Notes: a model not told the origin generated them from the sequence alone. Shown: positions 1 through 9,595, numbered from the stretch's first letter. The stretch: 64,000 nt of DNA from Patescibacteria group bacterium (GCA_041660605.1 JBAZWB010000003.1:82680-146679); one strand, 5' to 3'. A program made the numbers and translations.

Positions 1-20
1 AAGAAAAAATTGATGATTCT

Positions 21-632
21 ATGCGATTAAACTCGCATCGGGAACCATTAATAGCGAGAAACTCAAGAGGATATCGAACCTTTGTTTTTTCTTATTGGCT
101 GATTGCGACTGTTGCTGCTTTTCTCCCTGCTATGATTGAGTTTTTTGAAACAAAATCATTCGAGTTTGGTAAAATCATTGGATTAATTGTTGATATTGTA
201 ATTAGTTTCGCTGTCTTCTACGCTCTATTTTTTATCATTCAAAAGGCAATCGTAAAAAAAGAATTTTTTATAAAACATAAAGAAAATATAAAAAAAATAG
301 TTATACTTTTATATATTATATCATTCCCACTAATTATATTTCTTGGTATATCCGCGTTCATCCCAATAATTGATTGGCTACTCATACTTGGTTTTATATA
401 TATAGTATTTTGGCTTTATAGAAATCGTTTAAAATATGGTTTAAAGTTTCCTCCCTATTTACTTTTATTAATAGTAGGATTTAGTTTATTTACTGTAATA
501 TATTTTATTAGCATTAAGCCTATACAATTACGTAGGGCATGCTACCGAGAGATTGGCTCCAATACAACTTATTATAACCTCTGTATTGATGGTAATTACA
601 ATTTTATCACAAAACATTTTCTAACTAAATAA
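21..632 (+). CDS. hypothetical polytopic membrane protein (very AT-rich)
   Basis: ORF of 203 aa with several hydrophobic segments. No family recognised. Confidence 0.4.
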   Translation: MRLNSHREPLIARNSRGYRTFVFSYWLIATVAAFLPAMIEFFETKSFEFGKIIGLIVDIVISFAVFYALFFIIQKAIVKKEFFIKHKENIKKIVILLYIISFPLIIFLGISAFIPIIDWLLILGFIYIVFWLYRNRLKYGLKFPPYLLLLIVGFSLFTVIYFISIKPIQLRRACYREIGSNTTYYNLCIDGNYNFITKHFLTK

Positions 633-635
633 CTT

Positions 636-890
636 ATGAAACACACTCTATTGTCTCAACTTACTGAGTATGCCAGAATTCCAATGACTAGTGCGGCAAA
701 AACTCAGATTGAAAATAATTTCACCGAAGTGGAAATAATTGAAGAATTGAAACATTTTAATGGTAATAGAATAATTTTACTAATGCAGACGCTGAATCCT
801 CAATTCAGAAAAGATACTTTAAAACCACCCCTTATCCAACCATTCAAGTGCGAAAATCAAGATTGTTATAAACTGTCGAATGAAGATTAA
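636..890 (+). CDS. hypothetical protein
   Basis: 84-aa ORF directly following the previous one. No motif recognised. Confidence 0.25.
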   Translation: MKHTLLSQLTEYARIPMTSAAKTQIENNFTEVEIIEELKHFNGNRIILLMQTLNPQFRKDTLKPPLIQPFKCENQDCYKLSNED

Positions 891-900
891 TATCAAGCCT

Positions 901-942
901 ACTAGCCACTAGTGGCTAATTACTAGGTACTAACTACTAACC
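901..942. repeat. CTAGT/CTAAC-rich palindromic repeat block (left flank of four-helix-bundle gene)
   Basis: Contains actagccactagtggctaattactaggtactaactactaacc. CCACTAGTGG is palindromic, and the motifs recur at 1312-1435. Confidence 0.6.
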
Positions 943-943
943 C

Positions 944-1297
944 ATGAACTCCTACAAAGAACTAACTGTTTGGCAAAAATCGATTGAACTGGTAACAGCA
1001 ATTTATAAACTGACTGAGCAATTTCCAAAATCTGAAATATTCGGATTAACTTCACAAATAAAAAGATCAGCAGTATCAATTCCGTCTAATATTGCCGAGG
1101 GTTTTAACAGGAAATCTCGTCTCGAATACGCCCATTTCATCAGAATTGCCTTTGGTTCAGGCGCAGAATTAGAAACTCAAATACTAATAGCTAAAAAACT
1201 AAAGTTTATTAATGAAACAAGCTATAATCAAATTGATGCTTTATTAACAGAAGTAATGAAAATGCTTAATAAATTAATCAGCGCATTAAAATCGTGA
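944..1297 (+). CDS. four-helix-bundle protein (TIGR02436-like, 23S rRNA intervening-sequence protein family)
   Basis: 117 aa. The pattern WQKSIELV...IPSNIAEGF...GSGAELETQ is characteristic of this small family. Confidence 0.75.
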   Translation: MNSYKELTVWQKSIELVTAIYKLTEQFPKSEIFGLTSQIKRSAVSIPSNIAEGFNRKSRLEYAHFIRIAFGSGAELETQILIAKKLKFINETSYNQIDALLTEVMKMLNKLISALKS

Positions 1298-1311
1298 AAG
1301 TATAATATCAA

Positions 1312-1435
1312 TCCACTAGTAACTAGTGGCCAATAAACTAATTACTAACTCACTAGGTACTAACAACTAGTGGCTAACAACTAACTAAACCAACCCCCAC
1401 TAGTTGCTAATGACTAGTGGCTAACCTACTAACAC
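1312..1435. repeat. CTAGT/CTAAC-rich repeat block (right flank)
   Basis: Multiple copies of actagtggctaa, cactaggtactaac and ccactagt. Same motif set as 901-942. Confidence 0.6.
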
Positions 1436-2815
1436 ATGATCTGGGCAAATTTCCTACACATCTACCAGCCACCCACGCAGAAAGAATACTGGGTGAAGAA
1501 AATAGCCAATGAAAGCTACCGCAAGCTAACTAAGGGGCTGAAAGCCAACCCCCAGGCCAGACTGACTCTGAATATTAATGCCGTGCTGACGGAACTTCTT
1601 GATAAATACAATTGTCGAGATGTTATTGCAGATATTAAATTTCTGGCTGAACGCGGACAAATTGAGCTGACGGGCAGTGCCAAATACCACCCTTTCCTGC
1701 CATTGATGCCAAAAGAGGAAATAGTCAGACAAATCGAATTAAATGCCAGAACAAATAAAAAATATTTTGGTAAAGTTTTTAATCCGCAGGGTTTTTTCCC
1801 GCCAGAAATGGCCTACAACCGCCAGGTCGGCGAAGCCATAGCCAAAGCCGGCTTCCGCTGGCTGATCCTGGACGAACTGGCCTATTCAGGAAATATTAAA
1901 GACATTGACTGGTCAAAAATTTACGAGCTCAAAAGCCTAAAAGATTTTTTTGTATTTTTCCGCGAACGGGAAGCCAGTTTCCGCATACTTTCGGCGGAAA
2001 TCGGCATGAGCGTTTTTTCCGGCAATATGCTGGTACAGCTGCTCGGCGACCGGATCAACCGGAATGAATACCTGATCACCGCTATGGACGGCGAAACATT
2101 CGGACACCACCGTCCAGGGCTGGAAGACCTGCTGTTTGACCTGTATAACACCGAGAAGCTCAAGCCGGCAACAATTTCTGAGTTGCCAAATCTTTTCCCA
2201 AAACGGCAAACTATCGATCCCCGGCCCTCTACCTGGGCGCTGATGAAAAAAGATATCGAGAGAAATACGCCATTTTCTCGCTGGAAAGAAAAAAACAATA
2301 CCATCCACACCATGCAATGGCAGTTGACCAACCTGGCCTTGAAAAGTTTCAAATCTATTAAAACAACCGATAAGCAATTTAAAAGAGTGCGACACAATCT
2401 GGACAAGGCTATTCACTCCGACCAATACTGGTGGGCTTCAGCCATGCCCTGGTGGAGCATTGAAATGATTGAGGCCGGAGCCAGGGATTTGAACGGCGTG
2501 GTGCAGGAATCTCCGGTACCTGAAAAAATTAAAAAGCTGGCAGAATCGCTCTACCACAAAATCATCTTCACCGCTTTTGATTGGCAGCGCTCGGGCAAGG
2601 TTGATGTGCTGGCAAAAAGCGCGGATGAGGATGTGACCCAACGCATTACTACGGAAATGCCTTACATACCCGAGGAGGAATTCAATAAAATCGTCGGCAA
2701 CCTGGAAAAACAGATGCTGGAAGCAGCCAAGGCCCGGGAATACGAACGGGCCGCGCAAATTCGCGATCGGGTAAATGAACTGAAAGAAAAAAAAGACCAA
2801 ATAACCAGAAAATAG
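1436..2815 (+). CDS. glycoside hydrolase family 57-like protein with C-terminal UVR domain
   Basis: N-terminus NFLHIYQPP resembles the GH57 HNHQP motif, and MDGETFGHH resembles the catalytic region. The C-terminal YERAAQIRDRVNELKEKK is a UvrB/UvrC-type UVR motif. Confidence 0.5.
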   Translation: MIWANFLHIYQPPTQKEYWVKKIANESYRKLTKGLKANPQARLTLNINAVLTELLDKYNCRDVIADIKFLAERGQIELTGSAKYHPFLPLMPKEEIVRQIELNARTNKKYFGKVFNPQGFFPPEMAYNRQVGEAIAKAGFRWLILDELAYSGNIKDIDWSKIYELKSLKDFFVFFREREASFRILSAEIGMSVFSGNMLVQLLGDRINRNEYLITAMDGETFGHHRPGLEDLLFDLYNTEKLKPATISELPNLFPKRQTIDPRPSTWALMKKDIERNTPFSRWKEKNNTIHTMQWQLTNLALKSFKSIKTTDKQFKRVRHNLDKAIHSDQYWWASAMPWWSIEMIEAGARDLNGVVQESPVPEKIKKLAESLYHKIIFTAFDWQRSGKVDVLAKSADEDVTQRITTEMPYIPEEEFNKIVGNLEKQMLEAAKAREYERAAQIRDRVNELKEKKDQITRK

Positions 2816-2818
2816 ACA

Positions 2819-3811
2819 ATGCCTACCAAGGGAGAAATAATGGAAAACGAACGCCTAGATGCGGTCAGGCAAATTGCCAAGGATATTATTTCCTGGGAAG
2901 ATTTTAAAATAATAAAAAAAATCCGCTTCGGCCCGCGCTATTTCATTGCCGAGGGGCTGAGGAACAAACAGAAGTGCGTTTTCAAGATCTGCCTGTACAC
3001 CGACTCCATAGACCACCTGACCAATGAAAAATTCTCCCGGGAAATATTATTCCTGAATTTCATCCAGTACTCCAAATTTCATCAGGTAAAATCGGTTACT
3101 CCTCGCATCCAGGCCTTCGGGCTGAAGCCACGCGCCTGGTATATGCGCGAATATTTAAGCGGCAAGTTTTATAATGTCAACGGCGGCAATATCAGATTCA
3201 AAAAAACATTTTTCACCAAACCGAACCTGGACTGGTTCGTAAAAACCTTTACCAACCTGCAAAGCATCAAACCAGCCGACCTGCCGGTAAATCTCAAAAA
3301 ATTTTTATACCGCCCGGATTTTACCAGGAACCTCTGGCGTTTTATCAGCCCCCACTGGCAAAAAATAGAGCAGTACATGAAATGGCCTGGCGTGTCCCGC
3401 CTTATTAAAATAGAATTTACCAAATACGCTTCAATATATAATACCGCTCCCCAGGTGCTGGCGCATCAGGAACCGTATTCCTGCCATTTCCTGCGCACGC
3501 AGCAGCGCCTGCATGTGATTGACTGGGAAAATATCGGCTGGTCCAACCCCAACCATGACCCGGTAGTACTCTGGATGCGGGCTTATAATGACCCTGGCTG
3601 GCAAAAAATACTTTACCAGAAATTCAGAAAAAAATACGCCGGTTATAAGGAATTTGACGACCTCTGGATTATCGAGGTGCTTATCCAGTCTGTTTTCAAT
3701 ATTATCAGTTATTATTTTTATGAAGATAAAAAAGACATTCAGGAGATGGTAAGCTTTTCAGATAAAAAAATAAGGGAAATTCTGACCAATACTTTTAAGC
3801 TCTATAATTAA
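2819..3811 (+). CDS. hypothetical protein, possible kinase-like (APH/CotS) fold
   Basis: 330 aa. HVIDWENIGWSNPNHD resembles the IDWE catalytic-loop region of APH-like phosphotransferases. Weak. Confidence 0.35.
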   Translation: MPTKGEIMENERLDAVRQIAKDIISWEDFKIIKKIRFGPRYFIAEGLRNKQKCVFKICLYTDSIDHLTNEKFSREILFLNFIQYSKFHQVKSVTPRIQAFGLKPRAWYMREYLSGKFYNVNGGNIRFKKTFFTKPNLDWFVKTFTNLQSIKPADLPVNLKKFLYRPDFTRNLWRFISPHWQKIEQYMKWPGVSRLIKIEFTKYASIYNTAPQVLAHQEPYSCHFLRTQQRLHVIDWENIGWSNPNHDPVVLWMRAYNDPGWQKILYQKFRKKYAGYKEFDDLWIIEVLIQSVFNIISYYFYEDKKDIQEMVSFSDKKIREILTNTFKLYN

Positions 3812-4686
3812 TGGCATACATCGACCTGCATACCCATTCAGTTTATTCCGAGGGTGCCTTGAGCTGCCGGGAGCTGCTGGGTGCCGCCAGTAAGTACGGG
3901 ATAAAAGTTCTCTCGCTGACCGATCATAATGTCATCGACGGCGTACCGGAAATAACCAGACTGGCGGAAGAGCATAAAATCAAAATAATCCCTGGCGTGG
4001 AAATTTATACCAGGCACCAAAATAAAGGCTTCCATTTGCTGGGCTATAATTTTAAGCCGGGAAAGACCGTACTGGCCGATTCTTTAATCGTCCTTCAGGC
4101 TGACCACCAGCAAAAAGTCAGGCAGACGGTGGCAGAACTGATCAAACAAGGCTTTATAATCAACGCTGAATCCCTATTCTCCGGGCCTTCGCGTTATTTA
4201 GGCGTGGTGCACCTCATCAAAGAATTGGAAAAAAATCCGGCCAACCTGAAAAAAATGGAAGTAGAACTGCCGCCCGCAGAAAATAATTACTTCGGAAAAG
4301 TCTATCATTATTTCGGCTACGGGCAGCCGGCTTATCTGCCGCAATCTGAATTGCCAACCGCGGAAGCAATTGATATCATTAAAAAAAGCGGCGGACTGGC
4401 CGTACTGGCGCATCCGGGCCAGCAACTCACTTTTGAAGAAGACCCAATCATTGGAGATTTGATAAAAAACCAGCTTGATGGCCTGGAAGTGCTCTCCCCT
4501 TACCATAACTGGCGGCAGGTAGAACATTACCAGAAAATGGCGCTGGATAATAATTTAATCATCACCGGCGGCAGCGATTATCATACTGACGTAGATATCT
4601 CAAAAAAGGAACTGATCAAGAAGCAATGGGATTATTTCAAAGTGCCTTACGAGATTTATAAAAACTTAAATAGAAACTTAAATTAA
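3811..4686 (+). CDS. PHP domain phosphoesterase
   Basis: N-terminus IDLHTHSVYS...LTDHN is the PHP histidine motif. The start overlaps the previous stop (ATGA). Confidence 0.75.
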   Translation: MAYIDLHTHSVYSEGALSCRELLGAASKYGIKVLSLTDHNVIDGVPEITRLAEEHKIKIIPGVEIYTRHQNKGFHLLGYNFKPGKTVLADSLIVLQADHQQKVRQTVAELIKQGFIINAESLFSGPSRYLGVVHLIKELEKNPANLKKMEVELPPAENNYFGKVYHYFGYGQPAYLPQSELPTAEAIDIIKKSGGLAVLAHPGQQLTFEEDPIIGDLIKNQLDGLEVLSPYHNWRQVEHYQKMALDNNLIITGGSDYHTDVDISKKELIKKQWDYFKVPYEIYKNLNRNLN

Positions 4687-4688
4687 AT

Positions 4689-6152
4689 ATGAAGAAAATA
4701 AAAGTCCTCTTTGTCTCTTCTGAACTGACGCCCCTGGCCAAAGTCGGCGGGCTGGGTGATGTGGCCGGCGCTCTGCCAAAAGCCCTGATCAAGCTTGGTG
4801 TGGATGTGCGCATTGCCATCCCCCGATACGGCGTTATTGACGCGCAGAAATACCCGCAGAAAAAAGTGGCGGAAAACGTCATAGTGCCTTTTAACGGAGC
4901 TAATGAGCCGGTGGCAATATTTGAAACTCCTCTGCCGGGCAGCGAAGTGCCTGTTTATCTGATTGATCATAAAAAATATCTGGGGGAGAACGGCATTTAT
5001 TTTGAAAAAGACGCCTCCTCCAGCGGCTCAAACCGCGAAGCGGAGCGTTTTACTTTTTTGGCCAGGTCCAGCGTGGGTTTTTTTGAAGCCCTGGACTGGT
5101 ATCCGGACATAGTGCACTGCCAGGACTGGCATGCCGGCATGATCCCGGTAATCCTAAAGGTGCTGGCAAAGAAAAATAAAAAACTGGGTAATATAAAAAC
5201 AATGCTGACCATCCATAATATGGAATACCAGGGCTGGTACCAGGCGGAAACTATTTTTAAGGCACTAGGATTTTCGGCCAGCGACTACCCAGCATTAAAA
5301 ATACAAAAAGATGGCCATATTTCCAGCCTGCAGCAGGCTATTCTGGCCAGCGACTATTTAAATACCGTCAGCCCGTCCTATGCCGAGGAAATTTTAACTC
5401 CAGAATACGGCGCCGGGCTGGAAAATGACCTGCTTACCCGGAAAAATGAGCTGGTCGGCATATTAAACGGCATTGACGTGGAAAGATTTGATCCGGAAAC
5501 AGATGAGAGCATTACGGCTAATTTTTCTGCCAAAGACCTATCCGGAAAAGCTAAATGCAAAGAAGGGCTGCAGCAAATATGCAATTTTAAAAAGGATAAA
5601 AATATCCCTGTCCTGGGAATTGTCTCACGCCTGGCCGACCAAAAAGGCATTGACTTGATTTATGAGGTAGCTGATAAATTAGCCCGGGAAAATATCCAGT
5701 TTGTCCTGCTCGGCACCGGCGATCCTAAGCTGGAAAAAATGATGGCGGAGATCAGTCATAAATATCCGCAAAAAATGTATGCCAAGCTGGAATTCAATGC
5801 CAAATTTGCCCAGGAAATCTATGCCGGTTCTGATATTTTTCTGATGCCCTCAAAATTCGAGCCCTGCGGCCTGGGCCAGATGATCGCCATGCGCTACGGC
5901 ACAGTACCGATCGTCCGGGCTACTGGCGGGCTGAAAGATACAGTCGCTGATTATCACGAAAATGACGGGGAAGGCTTTGTTCTTAAAAATTACGATTCCG
6001 CGGAATTCTTTGAGACAGTCAAGCGCGCTATTAATACTTTCCAGGACCAGAAAAAATGGTATAATATAGTTGAAAAAGACATTAAAAAAGATTTCTCCTG
6101 GAAATCTTCCGCCAAGAAATACATCCAGCTGTACAAAAAATTATCAAAATAA
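4689..6152 (+). CDS. glgA: glycogen/starch synthase
   Basis: The N-terminal KVGGLGDV motif is the GlgA GT5 signature. Length 487 aa. Confidence 0.9.
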   Translation: MKKIKVLFVSSELTPLAKVGGLGDVAGALPKALIKLGVDVRIAIPRYGVIDAQKYPQKKVAENVIVPFNGANEPVAIFETPLPGSEVPVYLIDHKKYLGENGIYFEKDASSSGSNREAERFTFLARSSVGFFEALDWYPDIVHCQDWHAGMIPVILKVLAKKNKKLGNIKTMLTIHNMEYQGWYQAETIFKALGFSASDYPALKIQKDGHISSLQQAILASDYLNTVSPSYAEEILTPEYGAGLENDLLTRKNELVGILNGIDVERFDPETDESITANFSAKDLSGKAKCKEGLQQICNFKKDKNIPVLGIVSRLADQKGIDLIYEVADKLARENIQFVLLGTGDPKLEKMMAEISHKYPQKMYAKLEFNAKFAQEIYAGSDIFLMPSKFEPCGLGQMIAMRYGTVPIVRATGGLKDTVADYHENDGEGFVLKNYDSAEFFETVKRAINTFQDQKKWYNIVEKDIKKDFSWKSSAKKYIQLYKKLSK

Positions 6153-6162
6153 AAGCCTGACA

Positions 6163-7122
6163 ATGACAGCAAAAAAAATCAAAGCTAAGACGTCCGCATG
6201 CAAAAGCGAAATTCGTATAGATGAAATTCATGACCGTTTTATTATTGTGGCGCCGAAAAGAAGCGGGCGTCCCCACGATGCCGCCCGGCACCAGGAGATT
6301 CCGGTCAAATCGAAGGACTGCCCATTCTGCCAGGAAGTAAAAAAACCCTCCCAGCCGGCGCTTTACCAGGTTGGTCCGGAACAGTGGTGGGAGATAAAAG
6401 TCATAAAAAATATTTTTCCGTTTGTCTCTGTTGACAACCCCAAGGCTTACGGCCATCAGGAAGTAATCATTGAAACCCCGCATCATAATAAAGAATTGGC
6501 GGAATTCGGCCAGGAACATATTTTCAGGCTGCTGCAAACCTACCAAGCCAGGACCAAAGCCCTGTCCGAAGATCCAAGGGTAAAATACATAATAATATTC
6601 AAAAACCACGGCGGTATTGCCGGCGCCTCGCTGGTGCACGCCCACTCCCAGATAATGGCGGCGGGATTTGTACCTAACCATATTATCAACAAACTGGCCA
6701 GGGCCAGGAAATACCAGATAAAAAACGGCTATTCATATTATCAGCACCTGGCGGTGGTGGAACCACGCGGTCCGCGAAAAATATATAATGACAAATACAT
6801 TTCCGTATTTTGCCCCTATGCCTCGTCATACAATTACGAAGCCTGGTTCGTGCCCAAACGACAGGTTGATAATATTACCCTTTTGAATGAAGGGGAACTG
6901 AAATCCCTGTCGCATGCGCTGAAGCTGGTCCTGCAAAAAATAAACAAGTTGAATCTCCCCTATAATTTTTACATGCACCAGACACTCACTGACCAAAACG
7001 AATATTTTTACCTGCGCGTCTGTCCGCGCCGCGACACCTGGGCAGGCGTGGAGCTCGGTTCGCGCGTCATTATCAATACCGTACCTCCAGAGGAAGCAGC
7101 AAAATTCTACCGGGGAAAATAA
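6163..7122 (+). CDS. GalT-like nucleotidyltransferase (galactose-1-phosphate uridylyltransferase / ADP-glucose phosphorylase family)
   Basis: Has the zinc motif CPFC and the HIT-like active site VHAHSQ. Start trimmed from 6070 to the first ATG after the glgA stop. Confidence 0.7.
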   Translation: MTAKKIKAKTSACKSEIRIDEIHDRFIIVAPKRSGRPHDAARHQEIPVKSKDCPFCQEVKKPSQPALYQVGPEQWWEIKVIKNIFPFVSVDNPKAYGHQEVIIETPHHNKELAEFGQEHIFRLLQTYQARTKALSEDPRVKYIIIFKNHGGIAGASLVHAHSQIMAAGFVPNHIINKLARARKYQIKNGYSYYQHLAVVEPRGPRKIYNDKYISVFCPYASSYNYEAWFVPKRQVDNITLLNEGELKSLSHALKLVLQKINKLNLPYNFYMHQTLTDQNEYFYLRVCPRRDTWAGVELGSRVIINTVPPEEAAKFYRGK

Positions 7123-7331
7123 ACGCGGTCCCTAAAAACAGACATAAATATAAAGTGCCTGTTTTTATATAAATAAAATTACCCTAAATTTGCATACTAA
7201 ATGATAACTTGATAGTCTTAAATTAATAGGAAATGCGACTTAAGTTCGCATAATAAGCAAATATTGCGTTAATTTACGAAAACACTACGTATAATAATGA
7301 GTTGTATGCTATGGCGAAAATGTTTTTTAAA

Positions 7332-7365
7332 AAGATAAAAGCCGCTGGGTAAAACCATACGGCTT
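7332..7365. terminator. bidirectional stem-loop terminator
   Basis: aaaagccgctgggtaaaaccatacggcttttgt, with T-runs on both strands. Lies downstream of minus-strand ORF 7406-7657. Confidence 0.4.
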
Positions 7366-7405
7366 TTGTGTCGGAATAATATTGATCAGCTGGAGTGTGG
7401 TTGGT

Positions 7406-7657
7406 TTAGAGTTTGATGAGATGCTTCGTGGCGTGGTCCTCCCGCGTGCTGGCGCAACCGGTTTGACCATCGGGTTGCGTCCAGATCTGATTCTGCTCAT
7501 CGAAACCTACAACCAAGGCGGTCTTCCCACTTAAATGAGGAAAACACTCATCAGTATACCGCACACGATCACCTGCCCGGAAACCAGCTATTTCTCCTTC
7601 TTGCGTAATGCTGACTTCCGATCCATCACCCTTTTGAATAAAGTGCTGCTTTCCCAT
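7406..7657 (-). CDS. hypothetical protein (GC-rich patch)
   Basis: 83 aa. Good SD (GGAAGGTG) upstream on the minus strand. Composition differs from neighbours. Confidence 0.45.
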   Translation of the reverse strand: MGKQHFIQKGDGSEVSITQEGEIAGFRAGDRVRYTDECFPHLSGKTALVVGFDEQNQIWTQPDGQTGCASTREDHATKHLIKL

Positions 7658-8026
7658 TAGTCACCTTCCTTTCTCAATAGAGATACTACGTAGCAATGAT
7701 GCGTCTCTTCGTTTTATCCACTTTAATCGCTCTATCGTTATAGAAAGAGCTGATTACACACAGTATCACCAAAACAACCGTATGTCAACCCTATGCATAG
7801 TGTGGATAAATTGAAAAGGATCCTAAATCAAGGTAAAATCATGAAAGAATTTCTCATTTGTTCCGCCCAAATTGTCTATTCATTCCAATGTTAGGCCACA
7901 GGCCAAATTATTACACTTCTATTCATAGACAACTTCAGATACCCCGAAACGTTAAAGAAAAATAATTTTCAATAATAAAAGCCTCTAGTCTGCCGACCAG
8001 AAGCTTTTTGGTTGCGCCATTGAAGG

Positions 8027-8764
8027 CTATATAGATAGATTAAACAACAATGCCAGCCCCCAACTGCTTGAAGGCTCCAGGCTGAACGCCGCGGACTTGT
8101 TTTTCGGCGACCAGCTGTTAATATAGCGAGTTAACCGCAAACCGGCGGAAAAAATCCCGAACTGGCTGCGATTAGCGTCCTGCAGGGTAACCAGGCCGTC
8201 AATGAAGAAAGTATGCTCTCTCCAGACTCCCAGGCTGTTATCCTCGAAGCCGCTGTAATCGTCCAGGCTTTGCCGGAGCCGTACCGTCCGACCAAAAGGA
8301 TCGGCTGTACCGCCCATTCTCAGTTTCAGCCAAAACCAGGGGTAGCTGCTGGATGGCTGAAAGAATTCAGTGGCCACCATCGCCGCCAGCCCAAGCTGCG
8401 TCTGACCCATGGCAATTTCTTGCCAGTTACCGCCGGAATAATCATCCAACACGATTCTCTGGCTGTTGGCTGCGCTACAGTTGCGCAGATACCCGCCAAG
8501 CGAAAAAATGTGCTGCCGGATAGTCAGCATGGCTTCAAAGCCGCCGGTTTGTTCGTACTTAAGGGCGGTTCCAGCCGCGGTCCCGGTTGATACGTGACTG
8601 GCCTCATAGCCCCGGTTTGTTAAAAGGCCAAAGGTCAGATCCACTAATCTAGTTGAGCGGCGGTCTCGGTCGTAATCGCCTCGTGATTGGGCAGACAATA
8701 ATGCCGGCAAAAGAAACAGCCAGACAGCCAACAGGCAGACGGTTCGTTTCAAAAATAAATGCAT
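8027..8764 (-). CDS. secreted hypothetical protein with signal peptide
   Basis: N-terminus MHLFLKRTVCLLAVWLFLLPALLSAQS is signal-peptide-like. Strong SD AAGGAGGAAAG. GC-rich. Confidence 0.5.
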   Translation of the reverse strand: MHLFLKRTVCLLAVWLFLLPALLSAQSRGDYDRDRRSTRLVDLTFGLLTNRGYEASHVSTGTAAGTALKYEQTGGFEAMLTIRQHIFSLGGYLRNCSAANSQRIVLDDYSGGNWQEIAMGQTQLGLAAMVATEFFQPSSSYPWFWLKLRMGGTADPFGRTVRLRQSLDDYSGFEDNSLGVWREHTFFIDGLVTLQDANRSQFGIFSAGLRLTRYINSWSPKNKSAAFSLEPSSSWGLALLFNLSI

Positions 8765-9062
8765 CTTCTTTCCTCCTTGGGAAGATTGTGGTTTTTTTAT
8801 CTATCTATATAAATTCATCCAATGAAACTTTTTATTAAGGAACGCGGAAAAATCCACCTTACCGCGAAAAAAAACAGCTGTCAAGCAATCCTGTAAAAAT
8901 TTAAAATATAAGTCATTATAATTCACCGTGTATACCTATTCAAGCATACCTTTTCCCAAGGTGCACTCGCCAGTTCATAATACGGCTATTGACAAGGCCC
9001 CCGCAACATGCTACACTGCCACATTGAAATATAAATTGAAACCAAAACCAAAGGAGCCAATA

Positions 9063-9506
9063 ATGATCATTACCAGAAAAATATTGTCGTCAGAGATGTC
9101 ACTGTATACTACCGCCTTCATCGTGTGCCTCTACTATTCTTTTTTCTACTTTTTTGCAAATGGAATAATGACATCATTTGAGGTGCTACGAATAACAATG
9201 GGCCTCATAGCTTTCTGTCTGGCGATCATCGCTCTCGTTGGTGCAGTTTTGTTCATAAGATACGAGCACAAAGTCAGTCGGCGGGGTGATAAAGTTATTC
9301 TGCAATTGCCGGTATTCAGCACCCTTTTCGCGGCCATACTTGCCTTTGCATTTTTGCCACACATCTACCGGTGGTTCGGCATCCTGCAGAACAGGGGAGT
9401 CGATTATTATCTGATCGGCGTCTTCATCGCCTTTGTAGTCTACTGCGCTTACGCCACCGTTCTTTTCTGCGAGCAGCCAGACAAGGCTACAGCGACAAGT
9501 ACTTAA
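9063..9506 (+). CDS. hypothetical membrane protein
   Basis: ORF trimmed to the ATG preceded by AAGGAGCC. Four hydrophobic helices. Confidence 0.45.
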   Translation: MIITRKILSSEMSLYTTAFIVCLYYSFFYFFANGIMTSFEVLRITMGLIAFCLAIIALVGAVLFIRYEHKVSRRGDKVILQLPVFSTLFAAILAFAFLPHIYRWFGILQNRGVDYYLIGVFIAFVVYCAYATVLFCEQPDKATATST

Positions 9507-9573
9507 CCATACGTTTACACCAAGCATTCTGCGCCCTTCCGGCCATCCGGTTGGGCTTTTTTTAACCTCATAT

Positions 9574-9595
9574 TCGGATTGTCAAACTTTAGTTT
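9574..9595. promoter_or_regulatory. 22-bp palindrome ttgtcaaactttagtttgacaa (operator-like)
   Basis: Perfect 10-bp arms separated by 2 bp, in an intergenic region between convergent or divergent membrane protein genes. Confidence 0.3.

Noticed and set aside
6070-6162. Upstream extension of the GalT-like ORF overlapping glgA by 83 nt
   Set aside because: Extension residues are low-complexity and overlap the end of glgA. The first ATG after the glgA stop (6163) gives a sensible N-terminus.
8213-8590. Plus-strand 125-aa ORF antisense to the secreted-protein gene
   Set aside because: It is fully contained in the better-supported minus-strand gene, which has a strong SD and a signal peptide. It has no RBS.
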